Assembly: GCA_029856045.1 (NCBI GenBank)
Contig: JAHQWG010000012.1
Location: 128,001 to 192,000, forward strand
Source of the DNA: Promethearchaeia archaeon
Lineage (GTDB): Archaea; Asgardarchaeota; Lokiarchaeia; Sigyniarchaeales; SOKP01
Reading direction: 5' to 3'
DNA: 64,000 nt
In this document: positions 1-10,000 of the stretch, one piece after another
Layout of the letters: each line of letters begins with the position of its first letter
Position numbering within the stretch: the stretch's first letter is position 1
Position numbers and translations under genes: made by a program
The notes under the pieces: generated by a model
The model's input: only the letters and a program-made list of their open reading frames with translations
Told to the model about the DNA's origin: nothing
Database searches by the model: none

Positions 1-14
1 GGTGGTGATTAGAA

Positions 15-293
15 ATTAAAATAGTCACAGTAAATATACCAGAACCGTATATAAACGCCATTGATAAATTAACAGGGCATGAAGGTTTATATCCATCAAG
101 GTCCGAACTTATCCGGGTCGCTGTACGGGATTTTTTGCTTAAGGAACTCAGAATGGCAAGCAATCTTTCTCTTTATCAAAAAAGAACGCCTGAAGAAAAA
201 TTTGATCATGAAAATTTTGTTAGAGTTCCAGCTACCGATGTTGACTATGGGGGAGATAGAAATTTTAAAACCTTTAGGATTGTGAGAAAATAA
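15..293 (+). CDS. Ribbon-helix-helix (CopG/Arc/MetJ-type) regulator, probable ATT start; not in ORF track
   Basis: Manual translation: (M)KIVTVNIPEPYINAIDKLTGHEGLYPSRSELIRVAVRDFLLKE...FRIVRK*. RHH signature (N-terminal beta strand, YPSRSELIRxAVRD). In-frame TGA at 6-8; GGTGA at 4-8, 6 nt before ATT at 15. Confidence 0.85.
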   Translation: MKIVTVNIPEPYINAIDKLTGHEGLYPSRSELIRVAVRDFLLKELRMASNLSLYQKRTPEEKFDHENFVRVPATDVDYGGDRNFKTFRIVRK

Positions 294-446
294 AATAATT
301 AGTTTTAAACTTCATAAATATAAGATAAATAGAACAATATCCTGATTATCTTCCACCCTTTCTTTTTTTTTATAAAGAAAAAATTTAAAAATTTATAAGT
401 TTTGCATAAAAGCTTTAAGTAAATTGAAAAATTTTTGCTTTAGAAA

Positions 447-1316
447 ATGTTAATAGTTGTATATTTTGATAAAATTATTGGACCTAAAGCAATCGCTAGT
501 AAGCCCGAAGATTTGATTAAAAACTTAAAAAAAGAGACCTTAAATCAAATTGTTTCTCTCTTAGATACTGGTGATGAAGGTTTTTTCACCCATGATTTTT
601 CTTCTGAACTTCGAACAGCAAATTGGATTTTTCGGGTACCATCTAGTTGGGCACGGGGAAGCATTGAACTAATTATGTTATCGGTAATTATTCAAAAAGA
701 AATTGAAATTAAAGAATATCAATTAGAAATGAAAAAATTTATTGATCAAATCATAAAAATAGATGATTTATATAAAGCGTTTTACATACACAATCCGAGT
801 TTAATGCATAAAACAGAGATTCAAAAAAAATTTAAAACTCTAAATGGTAAATTAGACAAATTATATAAAATCCTGTCGCTTAAGAGTGTGGAAACTGCAG
901 GAAGGTTAATTAAATTAGAAGATTTTCAAAAAAACAAAATCATTTCTGTTCCAAAAATGATGTTAATAAATTTAAAAAAATTAATTAAAAATAAAAAAAA
1001 TTTATTTATTGTGCATAGAATACGGGGCGATTCTCTAAAAATTGATGTAATTCCAGTTACTTCGAAAGAAATAAATAAGTTGGAAATTATTTTTGGTGTT
1101 GATATGACGCCAGCTATTATAAAAAGAATAAGTGATATCTTTTCAAAATATGAAATTTCATTAGTTTTTACGTCGGGAATCTGTCAAGAGGCAGAAAAAT
1201 GTATTTATGAAGTCTATGTTGAGCTTTTAAATATAAATGATCTTGAGGATTTAAAAAATGAAATCTATGAAATCGAAGGAATTATCGATATTCAGACTGA
1301 AAAATTATCCACTTAG
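447..1316 (+). CDS. Longin/uDENN (NPR2-like) N-terminal domain fused to C-terminal ACT-like domain
   Basis: N-terminal 'YFDKIIGPK' and 'SSWARGSIELIMLSV' are shared with 54240..55316. The C-terminal ~80 aa 'LEIIFGVDMTPAIIKRISDIFSKYEISL...YEVYVEL...LKNEIYEIEGIIDI' has an ACT beta-alpha-beta-beta-alpha-beta pattern. Confidence 0.6.
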   Translation: MLIVVYFDKIIGPKAIASKPEDLIKNLKKETLNQIVSLLDTGDEGFFTHDFSSELRTANWIFRVPSSWARGSIELIMLSVIIQKEIEIKEYQLEMKKFIDQIIKIDDLYKAFYIHNPSLMHKTEIQKKFKTLNGKLDKLYKILSLKSVETAGRLIKLEDFQKNKIISVPKMMLINLKKLIKNKKNLFIVHRIRGDSLKIDVIPVTSKEINKLEIIFGVDMTPAIIKRISDIFSKYEISLVFTSGICQEAEKCIYEVYVELLNINDLEDLKNEIYEIEGIIDIQTEKLST

Positions 1317-1583
1317 TGAAATTTATTGCGTAAAAATACTAAAATTAATAGTGGAGATATTAAAAATAAGAAAAAATTCCTTTTTTTTAAAAAAACAATC
1401 AAATTTTTACCCATATTATGTTATCATAAAGATCCTTCTAAAATAGCCTTGAAACCGTTATAAATAAAAATTAAAAATAAATTATATTAATTTTGAAATA
1501 CTAAATATTTATTAAAGGAAATCATTAGAATTAATTTAATAATCAATTAAGCCAATTTAAAAATAGGTATTTCTTTTACAAAT

Positions 1584-2129
1584 ATGTCAACAAAAAGAAC
1601 ACTTATCTATAAAGTTTGTGTTATAGGCGATGGAGGAGTAGGAAAAACTTCCTTGGTTCTACAATATACAGAGAAAAAATTTACCGAGCAATATGTGATG
1701 ACGATTGGAAGCAATTTCGGGATTAAGAAAGTTGAGATTCCAGAATATCCTGATTTAGAAGTACGATTACAACTCTGGGATTTGGCTGGACAACGTCATT
1801 TTTCATTTGTTCGCCCTCCCTTTTATCGTGGAGCTACAGCATTAATGTATGTTTTTGATGTTACACGCCGGAGTTCGTTCACAAACCTCCCGAATTGGAA
1901 AGAAGAGGCAGAAAAAGTAATTGGGCAGAAAACATCAGTGATATTAGGAAATAAGATTGATTTAGCCCAAGATTATAGGGAGGTAGGGTCAGAAGAAGGG
2001 CGGGCAATTAGTGAAGAATATGATTCAGGAGGCTATTTTGAAACTTCTGCAAAAGAGGAAGTCAATATTAAGGAGGCTTTTAATACGCTTGTATCAACAA
2101 TTCTAAATAAATTAAATTTTGAGTTATGA
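1584..2129 (+). CDS. Rab-like small GTPase
   Basis: GDGGVGKT, MTIG, WDLAGQ, NKID and ETSAK motifs; no C-terminal Cys prenylation motif. Confidence 0.95.
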   Translation: MSTKRTLIYKVCVIGDGGVGKTSLVLQYTEKKFTEQYVMTIGSNFGIKKVEIPEYPDLEVRLQLWDLAGQRHFSFVRPPFYRGATALMYVFDVTRRSSFTNLPNWKEEAEKVIGQKTSVILGNKIDLAQDYREVGSEEGRAISEEYDSGGYFETSAKEEVNIKEAFNTLVSTILNKLNFEL

Positions 2130-2337
2130 AGAATAATTTACGAGAAAAAAGTAAATTTTATTATTTAATTGAGATTTCTCCTTGATTATATTTTAATAAC
2201 CATTTATTTCTGCAATAATTATATTTTGATAAATCTAATTTTATATAAGATTATTCTTTATTATTGTACCTAGAAGTAGTGATTTTTTTAATATTTCATA
2301 AAAAGTATAAATATCAAAAAATTGGTTGAAAACTGAG

Positions 2338-3054
2338 ATGTTTGGAGGCGGAAAAATTCAATATGATCGAGCTCTGACTATTTTTTCTCCAGAGGGAAGA
2401 TTATATCAAGTAGAGTATGCATTAGAGGCAGTTAGAAGAGGAACCTTAATTGTAGGAATAAAAACAGAAAATGATGTGTGTTTAGCTGCACAAATAAAAG
2501 TTGCATCTACTTTAATGGAAATTGATTCAATCGATAAGTTATTTAAAGTTGATGAACATATAGGGTGTGCAATTTCAGGTTTACATGCAGATTCTAGGGT
2601 ATTAATAAACTATGCAAGGGTACAAGCTCAATCTTATAGGCTAGTATATGATGAACCAGTAAGATTAAATATGTTAGTAAAATCTATTGCGGATTTAAAA
2701 CAAATGTATACACAATACGGTGGAATAAGACCCTTCGGTTGTAGTTTATTTTTTATTGGTTATGATTCAGATGGACCTCAGATTTATACTACATCTCCAA
2801 GCGGGATTTATCGTAGTTTTAAAGCTTTTGCGTTAGGTTCAGGAGAGACTACTGCACGGGAATTTATTGAGAAGGAATATAACCCAACATTTTCATTGAA
2901 AGAAATTCAATTGCTTGCAATAAGAACTATAAAGGAAAGTGTTGAAGATGACATAACAGCAGAAACTATTAAAATTTCTCAAATCTCTAGTGAAGATAAA
3001 AGATATAAATTGCTTTCTAAATCTGAAGTTGAAAGTTTAATAGCAGAATTATAA
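2338..3054 (+). CDS. psmA: Proteasome alpha subunit
   Basis: YDRALTIFSPEGRLYQVEYA alpha signature, GGIRPFG. ATG at 2338 preferred over TTG at 2326. Confidence 0.95.
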   Translation: MFGGGKIQYDRALTIFSPEGRLYQVEYALEAVRRGTLIVGIKTENDVCLAAQIKVASTLMEIDSIDKLFKVDEHIGCAISGLHADSRVLINYARVQAQSYRLVYDEPVRLNMLVKSIADLKQMYTQYGGIRPFGCSLFFIGYDSDGPQIYTTSPSGIYRSFKAFALGSGETTAREFIEKEYNPTFSLKEIQLLAIRTIKESVEDDITAETIKISQISSEDKRYKLLSKSEVESLIAEL

Positions 3055-3122
3055 TAATAGGCTCTTTTTTAAAAAAATTAAGTGAAAAATAGAAAAAAAT
3101 TGATTTTTTGTTTTTCGGAAAT

Positions 3123-6100
3123 TTAAATGTTTTTAGTAAATAATATCGAATTCATTTCACTTGTGTAAATAACCACGCCATCCACAATTAATGTGTATTC
3201 AAACATAACTAAAAGTCCAGAGACACTCACTGAACTCGCATAGAATTGTGTAGTAAAAATTTTTCCTTCACCTGGATAAAGAATTTCATTCATTAACGTA
3301 TAATTATAACCAATATTGCCTTCACCCCAAGTGAATGTACTATTAATTAAACTACCTTGAGTAGGAATAGTAGCATTAACAAGATCAGAATAGATCGATA
3401 CATTAAGTACCACATTCCTCGCTGGGTGTGAGATATTAAAATTGACTTCTATTTCAATTCTTGAATTGGCTGGATTCGGATACTCTACTGTAGAATCATA
3501 GATATAACTTAATGTGACATTTCCTTCACTTGGTTCTTCTTCGGCTGTTATATTCAAAGCTTTATATGCCTCAATTGCGGACACACCATAACCGGGATCT
3601 ACACCTGAAAATCCATCGATTAATCCTGTTAATTTTAACTCTTGAATACCACTTACCGTTGCATAACTGGGTATAAAGTAATAGAGAGAACCGGCTAATG
3701 GATATATTAGGGTATTGCCATACCTATGCCCCGTTATTAATTCAATCTCTTGAGTAGCTGCAGTCCCATAGTAATCTCGAGCTGTCGCAGGTCCAACCAA
3801 ATTAATGTTAGTTAGACTTCTTGTATGATATAATATTGCCTGTCCGAAATTATCTCCATGTCTTATTACGTATAAACCAGAAAGAATTTTTGCCTCTCTA
3901 CCAACATACTCAACTAAATCAATTCCAACATACTCAATGCCATCCCCTAAATCAGTTTCTATATAGAAAAGATCTCCACCATCTGGTCGCTCATGAAAAT
4001 CATCACCTCTTCGGAATGTCGTAGGATCTTGAACATGATAAATATATTCCCATTCTAATTGTTTTTCAAAAAGTGTTTCAGGGTATCTTAATTGATCTTT
4101 TAACCAACTCGGTATATTCTTCCATGGATATTTTTCAAGATAGATTTTCCAAAATGGATAAGTCAAATCATCGTTAATACTTTCTTTTAAAGCAGGATTC
4201 TTATAAAATGTCATGCTGCCATCCAAAATATCTACTAAACAAATTCCCAAAAATCTATAAATTGGACTTTTGGAGTAAGACCCTATTGCAATATTAGTGC
4301 ATATAGAAACCCCATAATACACTTTACCAGAATTTCTATCAAAAATAAGATATGGATCATTATCTATCCAAAGCCCGGGTAAAAGTGCCCTTGAGACTCT
4401 GGTTTTTATATTTCTATTAATTAAATAACTACTTTCTGTCAAATTTAAAGCGTATGGAAATAACCCTAGGTTAGAAGTAAAATAAAATTGCTCAAGTCCC
4501 TCTAATTCTCCATCTGGTGCTCCTTTATATGAATATTTTAAGTTTTCAATTCCTGCTGACCAAGTTGTATTTAAAAGAATATCTGTCTCATATGCTCCAA
4601 GACCCCCTTCAGAAGAATCAAAAAAGCCATCTTCATCTGCTAAATTATCGAAATATGATGCAGTAAAGACAGAACTCTCGCGTTCACCAAAGAATATTGG
4701 ATAATCCTGAGATACATTAAAGATATTTTGATATTGACTTTCTGTTGCTAATAAATTACCAGTGAACGTATCCATGGCAAGAAATCCTTCCACATGATCA
4801 AAAAGGGCTGTGTGCAACTCTACGCCACCAGCAGTTATCCCGGACATTCTTAAGGTTTTTGGTGAAACCCAATATTCATTCCCTCCAATATAGATAATAT
4901 CACTATCTGCTATAGATTCATATTTTGAAGCAATCTGGGCAGACATTTTCTGAACTGCTGCACTTTGATCATATTGTCGGATGAGAGGTATAATTTCCGA
5001 ATCGGGAGTAATAGTAGACTCCGTATAATTCTCTATAGTGCGTTCTTCAAACATGTCTAATCCTGCACAAATTCGAGTCCACTCGACTTCACGAGCTGTT
5101 TTTTTATTCCATCTTTCTAAATTCCATGTAGAAGTACTTGATTCAATATTAACTGCCACTGGTATGCTAATGATGAGTGGAATTATTATAATAATTATTA
5201 GCCCAATAGCTAATATGCCCATTTTTTTCTGGTGGGAACTTAACATTATAAAACCTTTTCCTCGTTTCTTACCATAAAAAAATGTATATCCATTAATTAG
5301 GATCCCTAATACTATAAATCCAACAAAACCAAAAATCAAGGACGCCGATTGCAGAAGATTCAAACCGTCTAACGCAAGTAATGGTAAATTAAAAAAAGCT
5401 AATCCGAAAACAATACCAATAATTAAAAAGAGATCTGCAAGAGCATAAAAATCGTTCCTTCTAAGGTATGTATTTTTTAATATGTTTAAGATAATCCGAA
5501 AAATAATAACTCCTAAAATAAAATTTATTATGGGTAAATAAAGCGCTGAATAGAGAAAAATACTTGTTAAGTCCGTGCTATTTTGATCAAATAGCACATT
5601 AAATGCATTACTCATTAAATTTGGAGATAAATTAAAAATTCCATTATCTAAAAGATAAATTGCCCAGCTAAAATTTGATGATGCATCAATCAATTGACCA
5701 ATTAAATAAAAAACTCCAAAACCTATCGTCCACCAATAAATCATCGCTTTAAACTTAGATGTCCGACCCCATCCCAAATAAGTGCCGAGGAGAGTAAAAA
5801 GATTTCTTTCTGGGGGGATACTCATAATAATAGCCCCCAATAAGGCCCCAATTAAAGCAGTTTTATTAAATATAAAATTTGCGCTCCAAAAATTTAGTGT
5901 GAAAATTTCTACATAATTTACTCCTCCAGCTTTATTAGAATAGAGTTGAATTTGTAAATTCATTCCTGCTGTCCAACTAGGGATAAACCAAAATATTGAT
6001 AAAAAGAAGATAATTACAAATACCGGAATCAATAGTAAAAGATATTTTTTAAATTCTTTTCTCCTTTTAATTGGAGTATATTTATATCGAGGTTCTCTTG

Positions 6101-6335
6101 TGTATGCTCTATTATCTTTTTTATAAGGACCACGTTCAGATGGAGTTGTAGTTTTTTCTCTGACTTCAAATTTTTCCTCCTTAATCTCTCCTTTTTCTAT
6201 TGCATCTGGATAGAGTAGTTTTTCTTTTTCTCTTTCTTTTTGCTCTTCATTTGCTGCCCTACAATCTTTGCAGTAATAGTTAAATTTGTCATGTTTCTTA
6301 CAGGATTTCTTCTTTTCTTTAGTCATATTTATCAT
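3123..6335 (-). CDS. UPF0182-family multi-pass membrane protein with N-terminal CxxH-x6-CxxC motif
   Basis: About 9 TM segments, then a soluble domain with 'IYFGE'-like IFFGE, 'RNIKTRV', 'DNDPYL', 'LRYPETLF', 'YHVQDP..F' and 'GNTLIYP' motifs typical of UPF0182. Confidence 0.8.
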   Translation of the reverse strand: MINMTKEKKKSCKKHDKFNYYCKDCRAANEEQKEREKEKLLYPDAIEKGEIKEEKFEVREKTTTPSERGPYKKDNRAYTREPRYKYTPIKRRKEFKKYLLLLIPVFVIIFFLSIFWFIPSWTAGMNLQIQLYSNKAGGVNYVEIFTLNFWSANFIFNKTALIGALLGAIIMSIPPERNLFTLLGTYLGWGRTSKFKAMIYWWTIGFGVFYLIGQLIDASSNFSWAIYLLDNGIFNLSPNLMSNAFNVLFDQNSTDLTSIFLYSALYLPIINFILGVIIFRIILNILKNTYLRRNDFYALADLFLIIGIVFGLAFFNLPLLALDGLNLLQSASLIFGFVGFIVLGILINGYTFFYGKKRGKGFIMLSSHQKKMGILAIGLIIIIIIPLIISIPVAVNIESSTSTWNLERWNKKTAREVEWTRICAGLDMFEERTIENYTESTITPDSEIIPLIRQYDQSAAVQKMSAQIASKYESIADSDIIYIGGNEYWVSPKTLRMSGITAGGVELHTALFDHVEGFLAMDTFTGNLLATESQYQNIFNVSQDYPIFFGERESSVFTASYFDNLADEDGFFDSSEGGLGAYETDILLNTTWSAGIENLKYSYKGAPDGELEGLEQFYFTSNLGLFPYALNLTESSYLINRNIKTRVSRALLPGLWIDNDPYLIFDRNSGKVYYGVSICTNIAIGSYSKSPIYRFLGICLVDILDGSMTFYKNPALKESINDDLTYPFWKIYLEKYPWKNIPSWLKDQLRYPETLFEKQLEWEYIYHVQDPTTFRRGDDFHERPDGGDLFYIETDLGDGIEYVGIDLVEYVGREAKILSGLYVIRHGDNFGQAILYHTRSLTNINLVGPATARDYYGTAATQEIELITGHRYGNTLIYPLAGSLYYFIPSYATVSGIQELKLTGLIDGFSGVDPGYGVSAIEAYKALNITAEEEPSEGNVTLSYIYDSTVEYPNPANSRIEIEVNFNISHPARNVVLNVSIYSDLVNATIPTQGSLINSTFTWGEGNIGYNYTLMNEILYPGEGKIFTTQFYASSVSVSGLLVMFEYTLIVDGVVIYTSEMNSILFTKNI

Positions 6336-6449
6336 TAAATTTTTTTAATTATTTTTAATACGATTTAAATAGATGTATTTTATTTATTTATTATTTTAGA
6401 TTATATTATATTAAATTGCAATAGATAAATAGTTTAAGTGCATTCAAGA

Positions 6450-6836
6450 ATGGCAAAAAAGAAAAAAATACGGGATGATTTTGAATTTTATTTTAAAAGA
6501 GGAGACGAAAAAAAAATTAAACAAATGTTAGTAGATTATCCTTGGTTATTAGATGAGCAAGAAAGACGTATGGATAGTGATATTGGGCAACAAAATGAAA
6601 TTCTAGCAGCACTCGGAGTCATGGAAGATGAACTTAATTCACCAGTGCCAATTGATGAAATAATATTCTCACTACGCGTGGATTTTAATATTCAAAAAAA
6701 AAATGATGAGATACTCGAAGTTCTAAATAATATTAAATCACTAGGTTATGTAAAAAAAGAGGAGGATGGATGGGTTTTAACTTCTGAAGGAGGCCGAATG
6801 TGCGATCAATTCTTGAATTCAAAATTAGAATTATAG
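6450..6836 (+). CDS. Winged-helix domain protein
   Basis: C-terminal 'EVLNNIKSLGYVKKEEDGWVLTSEG' is a wHTH wing pattern. ATG at 6450. Confidence 0.6.
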   Translation: MAKKKKIRDDFEFYFKRGDEKKIKQMLVDYPWLLDEQERRMDSDIGQQNEILAALGVMEDELNSPVPIDEIIFSLRVDFNIQKKNDEILEVLNNIKSLGYVKKEEDGWVLTSEGGRMCDQFLNSKLEL

Positions 6837-7054
6837 AAAAATCATATAAATCTTAAACTAAGAGGTTAATAAGTTGCTTTTCTTCAAATTTTATAAATTT
6901 CTGAAGGAATTTTGACATAAAAAATTAAAATTATAGTCTTCTTAATATCAAATATCCATTTATGCAATTAAAAATCAATGAAATTTATAATACAAGTGTT
7001 TTATTGTTATTTGTAGTATTAGATATTAAAACTATAAAAAAGTCGTGAAATATA

Positions 7055-10000
7055 TTGAGAAATCCCGCTAATTCAGATAATGTTGATGATGATCTTGTAA
7101 AGCAAATTTTTAAGATAATCAATATGGGGAAGGAACTTATTGAATTGGATAAATTCAATGATGGTATTGACTGTTATAATAAAGCCATAGGTATATTGAA
7201 ACAGATGCCTGGTTATGAAAATGAAGTTCAAAAAACTGAAAAATTAATTGAAGAAGCATATACTAAATATGATCAGGTTTTTCCGAAAAGTGAACAAGAG
7301 GGTGAAGAAATAGATAGAACTCAGTTAAAAAAAGAAAAGTTAGCAGATTTTACAAAGAAGAAAGAAGAAATAGAAGAAAAAAGTAAATTAGCTTATGATT
7401 ATTTGGGAAAAGGGTCAGATTTTGCCCAATCCAATCAATTTGATAAAGCTCTTGAGAAATATACACAAGCAAAAAATATTTTTCAGGAGATAGGTTGGAC
7501 CTCGGAAGTTCCTAAGGTTGAGCTGCTAATAAAGGAATTGAATGAAAAGAAAAATAAATTTCTAAAAATACAGGAAGAAAAACAAAAAATAATTGAAAAA
7601 AAGAAAAAAATAACAAAAAAAGAACAAGAAATTATTTCACAACATGGAGAATTTCTCCAGAAATCTGAAAATGCAAAAGAAACTAAATTAAAGACTTACC
7701 AACAAAAAAAGCAAAAAGAAAAAGACCTAAGTGCAGAAGCTTATGATCTGTTGGGTGAAGCTTCAGAGCTAATCCAATCCAATGAATTTGAGAAAGCGCT
7801 TGAAAATTATAATCAAGCAAAAAAATTATTTAATGAGATCAATTGGCAAAGTGAAATTTCTAAGATTCAACAATTTATAAAGGATTTGGAGGAAAAACAG
7901 AAGAAATTCATGATATTACAGCAAGAACTATTGAAAAAACAAGATATAAGTAAAGAAATAACTGAAAAAGATCAAGAATTTTTATTAAAACAACAAGAAT
8001 TAAAAAAGTATATCGAAGATATAAAAGAAACTAAAGTAAAAGCATATCAACAAAAAAAGCAAAAAGAAAAAGACCTAAGTATAGAAGCATATGATATGTT
8101 GGGAGAAGCTTCAGAACTTGAAGAAGAAAATCAATTCGATGAAGCTCTGGAGAATTATTTACTTGCAACCGAAATTTTTAAAGAAATAGGATGGCATTCA
8201 GAAGTTCCTAAGATTCAAGAATTGATGAAAAACTTAAAAATTAAGAAGAATAAATATTTAGAATTGCTTCAAAAAGAGAAGGAAATGCAAACACAGTTGC
8301 AAATTGAACAAAGTAAATTAAAAGAATTTGAATTAATCAAACAAGAATCTCTTCAAAAAGAGTCTATTCAAAAGGAAGAAAAAATAAAAAGAATGGAGCA
8401 ACAAAAGAAAGAACAGAGAAGAATTGAAAAAGAAATTCAAGATAAAGTAAATTATGTAGGTAAATTAGTAAGAGATTATGAGAAATCTTTAAAAAAAGGA
8501 AAGTTTGATCAACAAAATCCATACGAGGAGATTATTTCTATTTATGAAGGAATAATAGAAATCCTTAAGGAAACCGGTTGGACTGATCAAATTAATCCAT
8601 ATAAAGAAACTATTAAACATTACGAGGAAAAACTAGCTCGTGACGGAAAATTAAGAGAGATTGAACGCCAAAAGCAAGAAGAAGAATTGATATCTACAAT
8701 ACCTGTTGAAGATCAAATTGAAACTCAAGTTTTAACTGATAAAAGAAAGAAATTAGAGCAAAAAAAGAAAGAACAGAAAAGAATTGAAAAAGAAATTCAA
8801 GATAGAATAAATTATGCAGAACAATTAGAGAGAGAGTATGATTTAGTATTAAAAAAGAAAGATTTTTCTCAAAAAGCTCCATATAATGAAATAATTATGA
8901 TTTATGAAGATATAATAAAGATTCTTAAGGAAGTAGAATGGATGGATCAAATTAAACCTTACAGGGGAACAATTAAGCATTATGAGGAAAAATCAGCTCA
9001 TGATTTAAAATTAAGAGAGTTAGAACGCCAAAAACAAGAAATAGATGAGTTCGTAATTACTCCTTTGGTGGATGACTCAAAAAGTCAAAAGATTACAGAT
9101 AAAAGAGTTGAATTGGAACAAAAGAAGCTTAAACAACAACAGATTGAAAATGAAATCCAAGATAGAGTAAATTATGCAGAATCGTTAGAGAGAGAATATG
9201 AGTTGGTATTGAAAAAAAAAGATTTCTCTTTAGAATCTCCATTTGATGAAATAATTATAATTTATGAAGAACTAATTGAAATTCTTAAAAATGCAGGATG
9301 GACTGATCAAATCAAACCATATTCAGAAACAATAAAACATTATGAGGAAAAATCCGTTCGTGACACCAGATTAAGAGAGTTTGAACGCCAAAAGCAAGAG
9401 AAAGAAATGATCCCAATAGCAGTTGATGAAGATGGAGCTAAAACTCAAGAACTGTTAGATAAACAAATGGAATTAGAGATAAAAAAGAAAAAACAAGAAC
9501 GTATTGAGGAGGAAATACAAAAAAAAGTCAATTATGCAGAATCTTTAGCAAGAGAATATGAATTAGCACTTAGAAAAAAAGATTTTTCAAAGGTTTGTCC
9601 CTATGAAAATATAATTGAGATTTATAAAGAAATAATTGAGATTCTCAAGGAAACTGGATGGACAGATCAAATTAAACTTTATACAGAAACCATTAAACAT
9701 TATGAACAAAAATTAGAACACGATAAAAAATTTAGAGAATTTGAACGGCAAAAACTTGAGAAGGTTGAAATCGAATATTTTCCCCCTCAAGAATCTTTAA
9801 AAGATTCGGTTGCAACAGATCTAAGGATGATTAAACATGAAAAAAAGAAAAAGGAAGAAATTCAAGTTCAAAAAGAGATAGATGATATGATTAATATTGC
9901 AGAAAATATGGCAAGAGAATATGAAAAGAAATTGAGGTATAAAGATTTTTCAAAACCTTGTCCCTATGAAGAAATAATTAAAATTTATAGAAAGGCTAAA

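Noticed and set aside
79-285. ORF-track 68-aa ORF
   Set aside because: Shadow frame over the RHH gene at 15..293, which has a clear family motif.
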